From positions 65,045 through 129,044 of the forward strand of contig CAYGQE010000006.1 in assembly GCA_964351995.1 (NCBI GenBank): a stretch of DNA of 64,000 bases. The letters run 5' to 3'. Position 1 is the stretch's first letter. Every line of letters begins with the position of its first letter. This document shows, piece by piece, positions 53,954 to 63,189 of this stretch. The position numbers and the translations under genes are program-made. The notes beneath the pieces were generated by a model. It was not told the origin of the DNA, searched no databases, and saw only the letters and a program-made list of their open reading frames with translations. The DNA comes from an uncultured Acidimicrobiaceae bacterium (lineage in GTDB: Bacteria > Actinomycetota > Acidimicrobiia > Acidimicrobiales > SZUA-35).

Positions 53954-54799
53954 TCACGCCGGGCGGGTGTGTGATGGTGCGAGCTTGTCGAATTGGTCGA
54001 GCAGACCTTCGACATCTGGCGCCCAGATGGTGGCACCGGCAGCCTCGGCTTCCACCCGGCCGGGCACGCCTGCCCCGCCGAGTGCAACGTGAGCGTTTGG
54101 TCGGCGAGCACGAATCGCCGTGATGGTGTCCTTGGCCTGAGCGAGACTCGCACTGGTGGTCGAAGAGATGACGACACCGATGAACGGGCGGTCAGCCGAG
54201 CCCATGTCCATCACTTCGAGGAATGACTCGGCAGGAGTGTCGGCCCCGAGGTCTGTGACCTCGAAGTGGCGGCCCCGGAGGAGGTCGGCGATGATCGCGG
54301 TCGTCAGCGCGTGGGCGTCACCGGAGACCAAGCCGACCACGATGTGGCCGCGGCCAGTACCGCGGCGATGAAAACGAGGTCCGAGTCGGGCCGTGATCCG
54401 AGACGCAATGGTGGTCGCCTGGTGTTCGTCGAACACTTCGATCTCGTTGTTGGCCCACCGTTGACCGATCGAGCGCATGGCAGGGATGAGCATCCGGAGG
54501 TGGATCTCGGCTGGCTCGGCACCGGACGTCAGCGCTTGGGAGACAACGGCCCAGGCGCCAGGCTCGTCAGCAACGAGGAGTCGGTCTTCGAGCTGCGCAG
54601 CGGCTCGAGTGCGTACGCCCTCGCTGGGCTTTGAGTCGTTGCCGTTGGCAAGTGCTTCGATGTCTGCCGAGTCGACAAACCATTGACCGCCTTCTTTGGT
54701 GGCCGCCAAGCGCCCCGTTCGCACATAGCGGTACACGGTCATGTAGTGCAGTCCGAGGTTCTCGGCTGCAGCCCGAAGGCTGATCGAATCCGCCGGCAT
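53954..54799 (-). CDS. CarH/LitR-like regulator: excisionase/MerR-type HTH, W-x9-E-H helical bundle, B12-binding domain (paralog 2)
   Basis: HTH ISLRAAAENLGLHYMTVYRYVRTGRL; QRWANNEIEVFDEH (W-x9-EH); Rossmann IVVGLVSGDAHALTTAIIADL. Confidence 0.75.
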   Translation of the reverse strand: MPADSISLRAAAENLGLHYMTVYRYVRTGRLAATKEGGQWFVDSADIEALANGNDSKPSEGVRTRAAAQLEDRLLVADEPGAWAVVSQALTSGAEPAEIHLRMLIPAMRSIGQRWANNEIEVFDEHQATTIASRITARLGPRFHRRGTGRGHIVVGLVSGDAHALTTAIIADLLRGRHFEVTDLGADTPAESFLEVMDMGSADRPFIGVVISSTTSASLAQAKDTITAIRARRPNAHVALGGAGVPGRVEAEAAGATIWAPDVEGLLDQFDKLAPSHTRPA

Positions 54800-54884
54800 C
54801 AGGGGATGATCTCATACTGGCGACGCATGCTGTGGGATTCACCGGGAAGGATTCATGAGCCCGGTGGGCCCGTCGTCGAAGGGA

Positions 54885-55121
54885 TCAGCGGCGACGGCGA
54901 CGACGGTGGGCGTCAATCTTGCGCGCTGACTTGATGACACCCTCGAGGCGCTCGGTGAGTTCGGCCGGCTCTTCTCGGGCTTCGGTATCGAGTTCAGGAG
55001 CCAAGGCTTCGAGGATGGCGCTGACGCTCACGCCCTGTTCGGCGGCGAATCCGTGCCACTGATCGTGGGCGTCATCGCTGACATAGGCATGCAGGGCCTT
55101 GCGGCCATTGTCTTGAGACAT
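54885..55121 (-). CDS. Small hypothetical protein, possible ribbon-helix-helix fold with poly-Arg tail
   Basis: ALHAYVSDDAHDQWHGFAAEQGVSVSAILEAL resembles a strand-helix-helix unit. The protein ends in HRRRRRR. Confidence 0.4.
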   Translation of the reverse strand: MSQDNGRKALHAYVSDDAHDQWHGFAAEQGVSVSAILEALAPELDTEAREEPAELTERLEGVIKSARKIDAHRRRRRR

Positions 55122-55229
55122 GGTGTCGTTCTCTCTGTTCGCATCCTTGCGGATATCACTCTTCGCGGCGGTGCCAATACTTCCGGCGTCATGTTTGTAT
55201 CACGATCTTGCACCGGAGCGTTGCAACTC

Positions 55230-55568
55230 TCAGCCCAGTCTCTTGAGCATTCTTCCCAGGGGGCCTGGTTCTGTCACCGATGCCATTTTGTTCGCTTGCG
55301 ACGGATCGACCCTCGCCACGGCGGCTGCGACTTCTTTGGCCGAGGGATTCACCATGAACTCGTCGCCTACGCGAACTGTCGGAACGGTCTCGTTGCCGTT
55401 GGCGACCGACCGTACGAACGCTGCGGCGTCGGGGTCTTCCCAGATGTTGTGCTTCTCGAGCGGGATCTCGATGCCCTTGAGCGACCGATCGAGACTCATG
55501 CAGAAGGGGCAGCCGGGTCGCCAGTAGAACTGGATGGCTTCGAGGGTTTGGTGGTTCGTGCTGCTCAT
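55230..55568 (-). CDS. Glutaredoxin/mycoredoxin-like thiol-disulfide oxidoreductase
   Basis: IQFYWRPGCPFCMSL (CPFC active site) and TVPTVRVGDEFMVNP. Confidence 0.75.
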   Translation of the reverse strand: MSSTNHQTLEAIQFYWRPGCPFCMSLDRSLKGIEIPLEKHNIWEDPDAAAFVRSVANGNETVPTVRVGDEFMVNPSAKEVAAAVARVDPSQANKMASVTEPGPLGRMLKRLG

Positions 55569-56749
55569 GAAGGCTCCAACCGGTCATGGTCGTCAGTTGT
55601 TCCGGAAACATCGGGTTCATCGATTTCAACGACCCTCCCGACATCAAAGCTCGCGCCTTCGACCTCGAGTTGATCCTCGACAAGATCGTGGCGCGCGATG
55701 TAAGCGGCAAAGAAGCCGCTGGCGGTAGCGACGAAGGGGAGTGCCATGAGCGCACCCGCTGCACCGAACAAGGTGGTGCCAGCGAGAACGGCTCCGATCG
55801 AAACTGCAGGGTGGAGGTCAAGGGTCTGCGCAGTGATCCTCGGCTGCAACAGGTAGTTCTCGATCTGTTGGTAGGCAACGACGGCCACGATGACCCAGAT
55901 CGCTTTGGTCGGGTCATCGCCAACGGCAACCAGTGCAGGCAACACGCCAGCAAGGTAGGTGCCCAGCGTGGGAATGAATTGTGAGATCACACCGACCCAC
56001 AACGCCAGGGCAACAGCCGATGGCAGGTCGAGTACCGCAAACACGACCCAGTGAAAGACACCCGAAATGATCGCCAGCACGAGGCGAGAAGAGATGTAGG
56101 CGCCAGTCTTGTCGGTCGCGAGGTCGAGAACGCGAAGCACCTCGACTTGACGGGTCGGCGGCAACACCGAGCAGATCAGGCGGCGGAGTCGAGGCCCGTC
56201 GGCGGTCAGGTAGTAGGTGAACAGCAAGATCGTCAGCGCTTGGAACAGCACGCCTGCGAGCGTGGTGCCGATCGAGAGGAGGTAGCGCGAAGCATCGTTG
56301 GCGAAGGCGGTGACCTGACCGCTCTCGATCTGGTTGATCAGATCGTTCGGGTCGATCTCGGCGCCGAAACGCTCGTTGGCCCACGTTGCACCGGAACTGA
56401 CGTAGCCCGGAAGCTCTTCGACAAGATCCGTCAGCTGCGTGGCAATCAGCTGTCCCATGAGGGCAACGAACACACCGAACGCCACGAAGACACCAAGCAA
56501 GCTGAGCAGCGTGGCTCGACCTCGTTTCACGCCGCGATTGACGAAGAAGCCGACGGCTGGTTCGAGTGCAAACGACAAGAACACCGCAACGGCGACCTGG
56601 ACCAGCAGGCTGCGGAGCTCGCGGGCAACGATCAGGGTCAGCCAGAGGCCGACGAGAATCGACCACCAGAAGACGATGGCCCGACGCACCCACGGGGGCA
56701 TCGCCGTCGACTCATCTTCGGGGGCAGTCGCACTCGCTGACTCGGACAC
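55565..56749 (-). CDS. AI-2E family transporter (PerM-like permease)
   Basis: Eight-TM profile and a QIENYLLQPRI motif. The stop overlaps the glutaredoxin-like gene start by 4 nt. Confidence 0.85.
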   Translation of the reverse strand: MSESASATAPEDESTAMPPWVRRAIVFWWSILVGLWLTLIVARELRSLLVQVAVAVFLSFALEPAVGFFVNRGVKRGRATLLSLLGVFVAFGVFVALMGQLIATQLTDLVEELPGYVSSGATWANERFGAEIDPNDLINQIESGQVTAFANDASRYLLSIGTTLAGVLFQALTILLFTYYLTADGPRLRRLICSVLPPTRQVEVLRVLDLATDKTGAYISSRLVLAIISGVFHWVVFAVLDLPSAVALALWVGVISQFIPTLGTYLAGVLPALVAVGDDPTKAIWVIVAVVAYQQIENYLLQPRITAQTLDLHPAVSIGAVLAGTTLFGAAGALMALPFVATASGFFAAYIARHDLVEDQLEVEGASFDVGRVVEIDEPDVSGTTDDHDRLEPS

Positions 56750-56770
56750 GATGTGACTGTACTGCTGGGG

Positions 56771-57964
56771 TCAGAGCGGAGTCGGGACCTTCGTTGGTGG
56801 CGGTGGTGGTGCTGCCGACACACCCCACGGATTCGGGGGAGTGAAGAGCGGATCGAGTTGCGAAGGCGTGAGCGTGCCGATCGGGAGCCCAGTGGCGGGG
56901 TCATGAACGACGATCACAACGGCTGCGTCGAGGGTGCCTTCGGGGGACCGATCCATGAAACCCGAGATGCTCTCGGTGCTCCACGCTCGGATGACCTGAT
57001 CGACCGGGATCATCACCGACGCAATCGTGGTCCAGGACCGTTCGGGGCCGGGCATGGTCTGGCCCGCCTTGGGGCTGACGTAGCCAATGGGGGCGGCACC
57101 CCAGTGCACGACTGGGCGACCGATGGCCGGACCTGTTGCCGTCGACCGGAGGAACCCATCGATCGAGAGATCGCTTGGCACCGACGCTGGTCGAGCCGTC
57201 ATCACATCACCGAGTGAGGCGCCGGACAGCCGAGAGCGGATCACTGCACCGATGATCTCTCGCCATGCGGCATGGGCGATGAACGCCCCCGTGAGCGCAG
57301 AGAGAACGAACAGCCACCAGCTGAGAATGTCGGCGAAAACGAAGACTCCAGCGGCAATCAACACAAACGTGATGCCGGCGACGAGCCCGGCCCGAGCGCT
57401 GGTGAGTCGAGCCTGTTCTGCGTTGTTTGACAATCGCCACAATAGTGCGGTGAGTACGCGTCCTCCATCGAGGGGAGCAATGGGAATCAGGTTGCTGACG
57501 CCAAGGAACGCATTGGTGATCGCCAACCAGCTCGCGGCAGAGGCCGCCAGGCCCCAGGTCGACCAACGGTCGATGCTGAGAGCGGCGACTGCAAAGAAAG
57601 CCCCGAGCCCCAACGACACCGCGGGGCCCGCGAAGGCAATGTCGAACTCGGCCCGAGGTGTGGGTGCTTGCCGCCGAAGTTTGGCGATCCCGCCCAGTAC
57701 CCACAGCGTGATGCCGTCGACCTCGATGCCATGGCGGTGCGCTGCAGCGGCATGCCCGAGCTCATGTCCGAGAATCGAGGCGAAGAACAGAAAGGTGATG
57801 CTGCCGCTGGTGATGAGCCGGGCCTGGAGGTCTGCCGATGGCCACCAGATCGGTAGTGCGCCGTACGTCAGGCTGACGACGAGATACACCGCAACGGCGA
57901 GAATGCTCCAGTTGATCCCGATGGGGATGCCAGCAATACGCCCGAGGCGGATGGTGTCACGCAC
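56771..57964 (-). CDS. M50 site-2 protease family protein with C-terminal CBS-like pair
   Basis: HELGHAAAAHRHGIEVDGITLWVLGGIA (HExxH) and NLIPIAPLDGGRV. Confidence 0.85.
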   Translation of the reverse strand: MRDTIRLGRIAGIPIGINWSILAVAVYLVVSLTYGALPIWWPSADLQARLITSGSITFLFFASILGHELGHAAAAHRHGIEVDGITLWVLGGIAKLRRQAPTPRAEFDIAFAGPAVSLGLGAFFAVAALSIDRWSTWGLAASAASWLAITNAFLGVSNLIPIAPLDGGRVLTALLWRLSNNAEQARLTSARAGLVAGITFVLIAAGVFVFADILSWWLFVLSALTGAFIAHAAWREIIGAVIRSRLSGASLGDVMTARPASVPSDLSIDGFLRSTATGPAIGRPVVHWGAAPIGYVSPKAGQTMPGPERSWTTIASVMIPVDQVIRAWSTESISGFMDRSPEGTLDAAVVIVVHDPATGLPIGTLTPSQLDPLFTPPNPWGVSAAPPPPPTKVPTPL

Positions 57965-58085
57965 CCGCCCATTGTGCCCGCCGTTCGTCGATCATCGGGG
58001 GTCAGGCCCCCTCAACGACATCTGACGTGGCTGGGAGTTGAGAGCCCCAGAGAGCAACTCCGTTCGTGAGCGAAGCGGACGGCGG

Positions 58086-58883
58086 TCAGCCTCGGAAGGA
58101 GACGAGACCGCCACCGTCGAGGACCATGTGCTGGCCGGTCATCCAGCTGCCGGCATCCGAGGCGAGGAACAGGGCGGCATTCGCGATGTCCCAGGTCTCG
58201 CCAAGGCGCTCGAGCGGGTAGTTCTTGGCCACTTGGTCGCCAGCCTCACCCTCCCACAGCATGCGGGCGAAGTCGGTCTTGATCAGGCCCGGGCAGATGG
58301 CATTGACGCGCACCTTTGGACCGAGTTCGGCGCCGAGTTGCTCGGTCATGTGGATCATCGCCGACTTGGTGAGGTCGTAAACGCCTAACACGGGGCTGGT
58401 CATGAGACCGCCGACTGATGAGATGTTGATCACGACGCCGCCGTTCTCCTTCATCCAACCGTTCCAGGCTGCTTGGGTGAGGAGCAGCGGGCCGGTCAGA
58501 TTGACAGCGATCGTCTTGTCCCAGCGACCGAGGTCGACATCGATCATGGGGCCGGCGTACGGGTTGGTCGCAGCGTTGTTGACGAGGATGTCGATCGCTC
58601 CGAAGTGCTCGATCGTGCCGTCGACCAAGGCCTGGGCTGCCTCAGGCTGTCCGGTGTTGCCCACGAGCCACGCACAGCCGGGGTTGCCGGAGTCTTCGTC
58701 GATCTCGGCGGCAGCGGCTTCGAGCGCTTCGGCTTTGCGGGCAGCGATCATCACCTTGGCGCCATGGGCTGCGAAGGTGGTCGCGATCTGCTTACCGATT
58801 CCTCGGGAGCCACCGGTGACGAGCGCCACCTTGCCCGTGAGGTCCATCGTGGTCATGCCGGTCTGCTTTGCTACGTCTTCCAT
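58086..58883 (-). CDS. SDR family oxidoreductase (FabG-like)
   Basis: TGGSRGIGKQIA cofactor motif, NNAA, and catalytic YDLTK. Confidence 0.9.
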   Translation of the reverse strand: MEDVAKQTGMTTMDLTGKVALVTGGSRGIGKQIATTFAAHGAKVMIAARKAEALEAAAAEIDEDSGNPGCAWLVGNTGQPEAAQALVDGTIEHFGAIDILVNNAATNPYAGPMIDVDLGRWDKTIAVNLTGPLLLTQAAWNGWMKENGGVVINISSVGGLMTSPVLGVYDLTKSAMIHMTEQLGAELGPKVRVNAICPGLIKTDFARMLWEGEAGDQVAKNYPLERLGETWDIANAALFLASDAGSWMTGQHMVLDGGGLVSFRG

Positions 58884-58961
58884 GGCGGCCGAACGTAGTC
58901 CTGGGTTGGAGCGCCGTCACGTTGTGGGCTGATCGGAGGACGTTTTCGGTAGCGTCGCCGA

Positions 58962-59750
58962 GTGGAACAGCGGCGGTTTCTCGACGTGCCGGGAAGGTCG
59001 AGCGTTGGTTTCGATGGCGACCGAGACGATGTCGCCGTGTGGTGTCGCGGCCCAATCGAGCGACACTCCAGTGCCGTGCTCTTGGTGCACGACCGCCTGA
59101 GCAACGCTCGCTCGTGGGATCTCGTGATGGGCCGGCTGCCTGCGGGTGTAGCCGTCGTGGCCGTGGACCTTCGCGGTCGAGGTTCGGCGTGGCGGCAATC
59201 ACCGTCTCTCGGTCTCGGCACCCACGTTGCCGACCTCGTTGATCTTCTCGTCCGCCTCGACTTCGACGAGGTGCTTGCCGTTGGGCATGGGTTCGGAGCG
59301 ACGGTGGTGCAGGCGCTCGCAACGACGTCGCCGGACCGCGTTGCCCTCACGATCGGCGTGCTTGGCCAGGTCAGTGATGATCCGTTCGAGTCTGTGCTGG
59401 GCTTGGCTTTTCCCGATCGGGACGAACACCTCCGCTTCTGGAAGCTCCACCCTCGCTTCGCCTCGGCCGATGCTCGCGCCATCGACGCATTCGTTGCCCA
59501 CGGGATTGCGGGTCCGCAAGATCACCATCGATGGCGGGTCGACCTTCGCTCGCTGGTCGCCGACGATCACGACGCCGCGACGGGATCGGCGTCGAGCTTT
59601 TCTCGGACCATCACCATTGGCAGCGACATGCAGGCGCCGACGTTGGTTGGCACCACGACGCAGCTGCCCCATCTCGATCCTGCCGTGGGATTGCTGACCA
59701 CGATCGGAGCAGACGCGATCGCTGCTCAGATCCTTCCGTTCCTGGTCTGA
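58962..59750 (+). CDS. Alpha/beta-hydrolase-fold protein with Gly in place of the nucleophile Ser
   Basis: LLVHD, DLRGRGSA, and an elbow that reads LAVGHGFGATV where GHSxG is expected. Confidence 0.7.
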   Translation: MEQRRFLDVPGRSSVGFDGDRDDVAVWCRGPIERHSSAVLLVHDRLSNARSWDLVMGRLPAGVAVVAVDLRGRGSAWRQSPSLGLGTHVADLVDLLVRLDFDEVLAVGHGFGATVVQALATTSPDRVALTIGVLGQVSDDPFESVLGLAFPDRDEHLRFWKLHPRFASADARAIDAFVAHGIAGPQDHHRWRVDLRSLVADDHDAATGSASSFSRTITIGSDMQAPTLVGTTTQLPHLDPAVGLLTTIGADAIAAQILPFLV

Positions 59751-59756
59751 AACCAG

Positions 59757-60566
59757 CTACGCAGCGAGCAAGACCATCACCAGAAGCATGGCAGCGATGA
59801 ACCCGACGAACAGCCACTCCATACGGCTTCTCGTCAGGCGCTCGTTGCGCAGGTAGGTCTCGAGGATCTCGGATCGACCGGCGGCTTCGAGCAACTCTTG
59901 TTCCATCTCGCTGAGGCGGTGTTGACGGCCGGCGTTTGCCCGTCGAGCCAGAGCAAGTTGGCTGGTGAGAGCCTCTTGCTGGCTCTTGAGATCGGAGAAT
60001 GCTGTCTCGGTGTCGCTGAGTTGCTGCTCCAGCGCCACTCGATCGACATCGGGAGCGGTCGCGTCGTCGCCGGTCGGAAGGGGGTTCTTCAAACGAGCGC
60101 GGATCTTGCGGAGATCACTTGCCGAGTCAGGCTCGACGGGAGCGAGGATCCGTTCGATGGCAAGCAAGATGCTCTCGAGGTAGGACGTGTCGTCTGGGAG
60201 GTTGAAGTGAGCCCAGAGGTTTCGAGCCTCGATCAACTGCTCGACCAGTCGCCGCAGGTCTGCAGTGAACGTGTTGCTGAAGACTGGGCCCCAAAAGCGG
60301 CGAAGTACGAGGAGCTGGAACAGCGGATCTGTCGCACCGTGCTCGGCTGGACGGCCCATGCGGTTGGCGGCCGCCTCGGTCCAGGAGACCTCGTCTGCGA
60401 AGTGTTCGTGCATCTGTTCGTCGATGAACGGACCCATTCCGAGCGCGAAGATCTCGAAGGCCTCGGCCATCTGGCCGTGCCTGCTCACTCTCAGATCGGG
60501 GCGAACGGATGTCATGGGTGGCTCGGTACTGCTTTCCACGTCGGGCGTCGATCTGATTATCGGCAC
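59757..60566 (-). CDS. Swt1-like HEPN domain protein with coiled-coil and C-terminal membrane anchor
   Basis: FEIFALGMGPFI...DPLFQLLVLRRFWGPVF...LIEARNLWAH gives R-x4-H. An Ala/Gln/Glu/Leu-rich helical segment of about 100 aa follows, then the terminal TM WLFVGFIAAMLLVMVLLAA. GTG start. Confidence 0.6.
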   Translation of the reverse strand: MPIIRSTPDVESSTEPPMTSVRPDLRVSRHGQMAEAFEIFALGMGPFIDEQMHEHFADEVSWTEAAANRMGRPAEHGATDPLFQLLVLRRFWGPVFSNTFTADLRRLVEQLIEARNLWAHFNLPDDTSYLESILLAIERILAPVEPDSASDLRKIRARLKNPLPTGDDATAPDVDRVALEQQLSDTETAFSDLKSQQEALTSQLALARRANAGRQHRLSEMEQELLEAAGRSEILETYLRNERLTRSRMEWLFVGFIAAMLLVMVLLAA

Positions 60567-60595
60567 GAAATGGCGCTGGCTGAGAAGAATCTTTC

Positions 60596-60623
60596 AGCGG
60601 GAACAGTCTTCTGACTTCCCGCT
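60596..60623. promoter_or_regulatory. 8-bp inverted repeat AGCGGGAA-N12-TTCCCGCT in the HEPN / GGDEF-EAL divergent region
   Basis: Read directly from the centre of the 99-nt intergenic region. Confidence 0.3.
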
Positions 60624-60665
60624 CGAATCGCTCAAGTTTGGGTCTGAACGGCCGTTCCCACAGTT

Positions 60666-62351
60666 GTGAAGAAAACCCGACTCGCCCTTCATCCAGGGCA
60701 AGTGCTCCTGGCCGGCGTGATCGGCGCGGTCCTTTGGACCGCTGTACTGTCGACCCTGGTCGGCATTTCGTTTCGGGAGACCGTCTTGGCATCGAGCGGC
60801 GGCTTCATGGGCGCCGCAGCGGGAACATGCGGTGCGCTCATCCAGGCCCACCGAGCTCGGGCCGCACGCGACATGTTGGAGCGAGCGGAACACGAAGCCA
60901 ATCACGATGGTCTGACGAACCTGTTGAACCGCAACGCACTCCTTCGCCAGCTCGACGCCTCGATCGTCACCGCTCGGAAGAACGACACCGTCGTCGGCGT
61001 GCTTTTCCTCGACCTCAACCGGTTCAAGGTCATCAACGACTCGATGGGCCATGAAGCGGGCGATGAGCTGTTGCGGATCGTCGCTGAACGATTGCTCTCG
61101 ACCGTTCGAGGCTCGGACATCGTCGCTCGATTCGGCGGTGACGAATTCGTCGTCGTCGTTCGAGGCCTCCTGAATCAGAAGTCGGTCATTGCTGTTGTCG
61201 ATCAGATTCTCCACACCTTCGAGAAACAGGTGTCTCTGTTCGGCGGAGCGCTCGTGGTCTCGACTTCGATCGGTGTCGCCATCACCCGGCCGGGAGAGAC
61301 GCGCAGTGCCGAGGATCTGCTGCGAGATGCAGACGCTGCGATGTACAAGGCGAAGAAGGGGCGCGGCGGCTACGCACTGTTCGACGACCAGCAGCGAGCG
61401 GAGGCCGTCGACCGACTCGACATCGAACGCGACCTCGTTCGGGCGCTCGTCGAAAAGCAGCTCACGGTCTTCTTCCAGCCGCTCGTCGACGTGTCGACCA
61501 AGCGCCTCTACGCCTTCGAGGCGCTGGTTCGCTGGAACCATCCAAAACGTGGCCTGATTGGTCCCGGTGCCTTTCTGGGCGTGGCCGAGGAGACGGGCAT
61601 GATGGCCGAGATCGGCGAGTACGTGCTGCGAGAAGCCACGGCACAAGCTGCGGTCTGGAACCATCTGAACCCGAATGCCCGATCAGTGAAGATGAGCGTG
61701 AACATCGCTGAACAACAGCTGATCGACAAGAACTTCCCGGAGACCGTGCAGAACGTCTTGTTGTGGTCAGGGCTTCCTGCCGACCAGCTGGTGCTCGAGA
61801 TCACCGAGGACGTGATCGTTGACCACCTCGACGGTGTCAGCATCCTCAACCGCATTCGGGACCTGGGGGTGTCGCTGGCGATCGACGACTTCGGTACCGG
61901 CCAGTCATCGCTGAGCTACATCAAGCAATTCGACATGGTGTCCACGTTGAAGATCGATCAGGTCTTCGTCCGTGAAATGAACGATGGCGACTCGAACAGA
62001 GCCATCATCGAGGCCATCGTTGCGATGGCGAAGGCGCTTCACCTGCGGGTGGTTGCTGAGGGCGTCGAGACCATCGAACAGGTCAACCAACTGCGCACTT
62101 TGGGTGTCGACGTCATGCAGGGATACCTGTTCAACGCTCCACTCGCAGCGAATGGCATCGATCCAGCATCGTGGTTTGTGCCTGACGCACCGGTACCAGA
62201 TGCTGCCGAAGGGCTCACGCCGCTCGAGGTTGCCACGGGGCTCGCCACGGCGGCTGCGGTGCCTTCGAGCACAGTTCCTTCGAGCACGGTTCCTTCGGCG
62301 GACGACTCGATCCCGCTCGGTTTGCGTCAACGCCCCGCTCGTCGAGGCTGA
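60666..62351 (+). CDS. Membrane-anchored GGDEF-EAL protein (diguanylate cyclase/phosphodiesterase)
   Basis: RFGGDEFVVVV, FEALVRW and DDFGTGQSSLSYI, with N-terminal TM helices. GTG start. Confidence 0.9.
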   Translation: MKKTRLALHPGQVLLAGVIGAVLWTAVLSTLVGISFRETVLASSGGFMGAAAGTCGALIQAHRARAARDMLERAEHEANHDGLTNLLNRNALLRQLDASIVTARKNDTVVGVLFLDLNRFKVINDSMGHEAGDELLRIVAERLLSTVRGSDIVARFGGDEFVVVVRGLLNQKSVIAVVDQILHTFEKQVSLFGGALVVSTSIGVAITRPGETRSAEDLLRDADAAMYKAKKGRGGYALFDDQQRAEAVDRLDIERDLVRALVEKQLTVFFQPLVDVSTKRLYAFEALVRWNHPKRGLIGPGAFLGVAEETGMMAEIGEYVLREATAQAAVWNHLNPNARSVKMSVNIAEQQLIDKNFPETVQNVLLWSGLPADQLVLEITEDVIVDHLDGVSILNRIRDLGVSLAIDDFGTGQSSLSYIKQFDMVSTLKIDQVFVREMNDGDSNRAIIEAIVAMAKALHLRVVAEGVETIEQVNQLRTLGVDVMQGYLFNAPLAANGIDPASWFVPDAPVPDAAEGLTPLEVATGLATAAAVPSSTVPSSTVPSADDSIPLGLRQRPARRG

Positions 62352-62358
62352 CGGTTCG

Positions 62359-63180
62359 TCACGCCGATGCTGGCGGGGGAGCGACGAAGTCAATGAGTTC
62401 TTCCATTGCGCCGACGAGACCGGGCTCGAGATCGCGGTAGTTGCGGACCCGTCGGAGCATGGTTCCCCACATGACGCCGGACGGCCCATCGAAGCCCAGC
62501 GCCTTGCACACGCCGGACTTCCAGTCGGTTCCTTTGGGGATGACCGGCCAGGCGTTGATGCCAAGTGTCGCCGGCCGGATGGCTTGCCAAACGTCGACGT
62601 AGGGGTGGCCGGTGATCAAGACGTCGGGGTGGTTGACCGTCCTGGCGATGTGGGTTTCCTTCGTGCCATCAATCAGGTGATCGAGCAAGATCCCGAGCCT
62701 CCGCTGTGGATTCGGATCGAACTCTCTGACCACTGCGGCGAGGTCATCGGCTCCGTGGAGCGCCTGCACCACGATGCCCTCGAGCCGCAGGTCAGCTCCC
62801 CACACCTTTTCGACCAGCTCAGCGTCGTGATTGCCCTCGACCAAGATCCGGCTGGGAAGCGCAACGCGAGCCTTGGCCTCGACAGCGACGCTGCCGGAGG
62901 CGGTCATGGTCGACGCTGCTGGAGCATCGGGAGCCTTGGCCTGGACAAGTGTGACGCTCGCACCCTTCACCGAGAATGCTCCTCGTTCGTTTCGCAGCGT
63001 TTGTGACCGGCCCTGTGTGTCGAGGATCGTGACCCAGTCAGGGGTGCATCGCTGCACGGTCCCGACGTAGCCGGTCGAGCGATGGCGAACCAGCAGACCC
63101 TTGGGGGCGGGGATGGAGGGCCAGGTTGGCTTGCGTCGCCGTGGCTCGTTCATGTCGAGGTCGCTCAGAATCCCGCTCAC
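62359..63180 (-). CDS. DUF3097-like actinobacterial protein (Toprim-like core)
   Basis: ILVEGNHDAELVEKVWGADLRLEGIVV...GILLDHLIDGTKE...GHPYVDVWQAIRP fits my recollection of DUF3097. Not verified. Confidence 0.6.
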   Translation of the reverse strand: MSGILSDLDMNEPRRRKPTWPSIPAPKGLLVRHRSTGYVGTVQRCTPDWVTILDTQGRSQTLRNERGAFSVKGASVTLVQAKAPDAPAASTMTASGSVAVEAKARVALPSRILVEGNHDAELVEKVWGADLRLEGIVVQALHGADDLAAVVREFDPNPQRRLGILLDHLIDGTKETHIARTVNHPDVLITGHPYVDVWQAIRPATLGINAWPVIPKGTDWKSGVCKALGFDGPSGVMWGTMLRRVRNYRDLEPGLVGAMEELIDFVAPPPASA

Positions 63181-63189
63181 TGGGTGACC

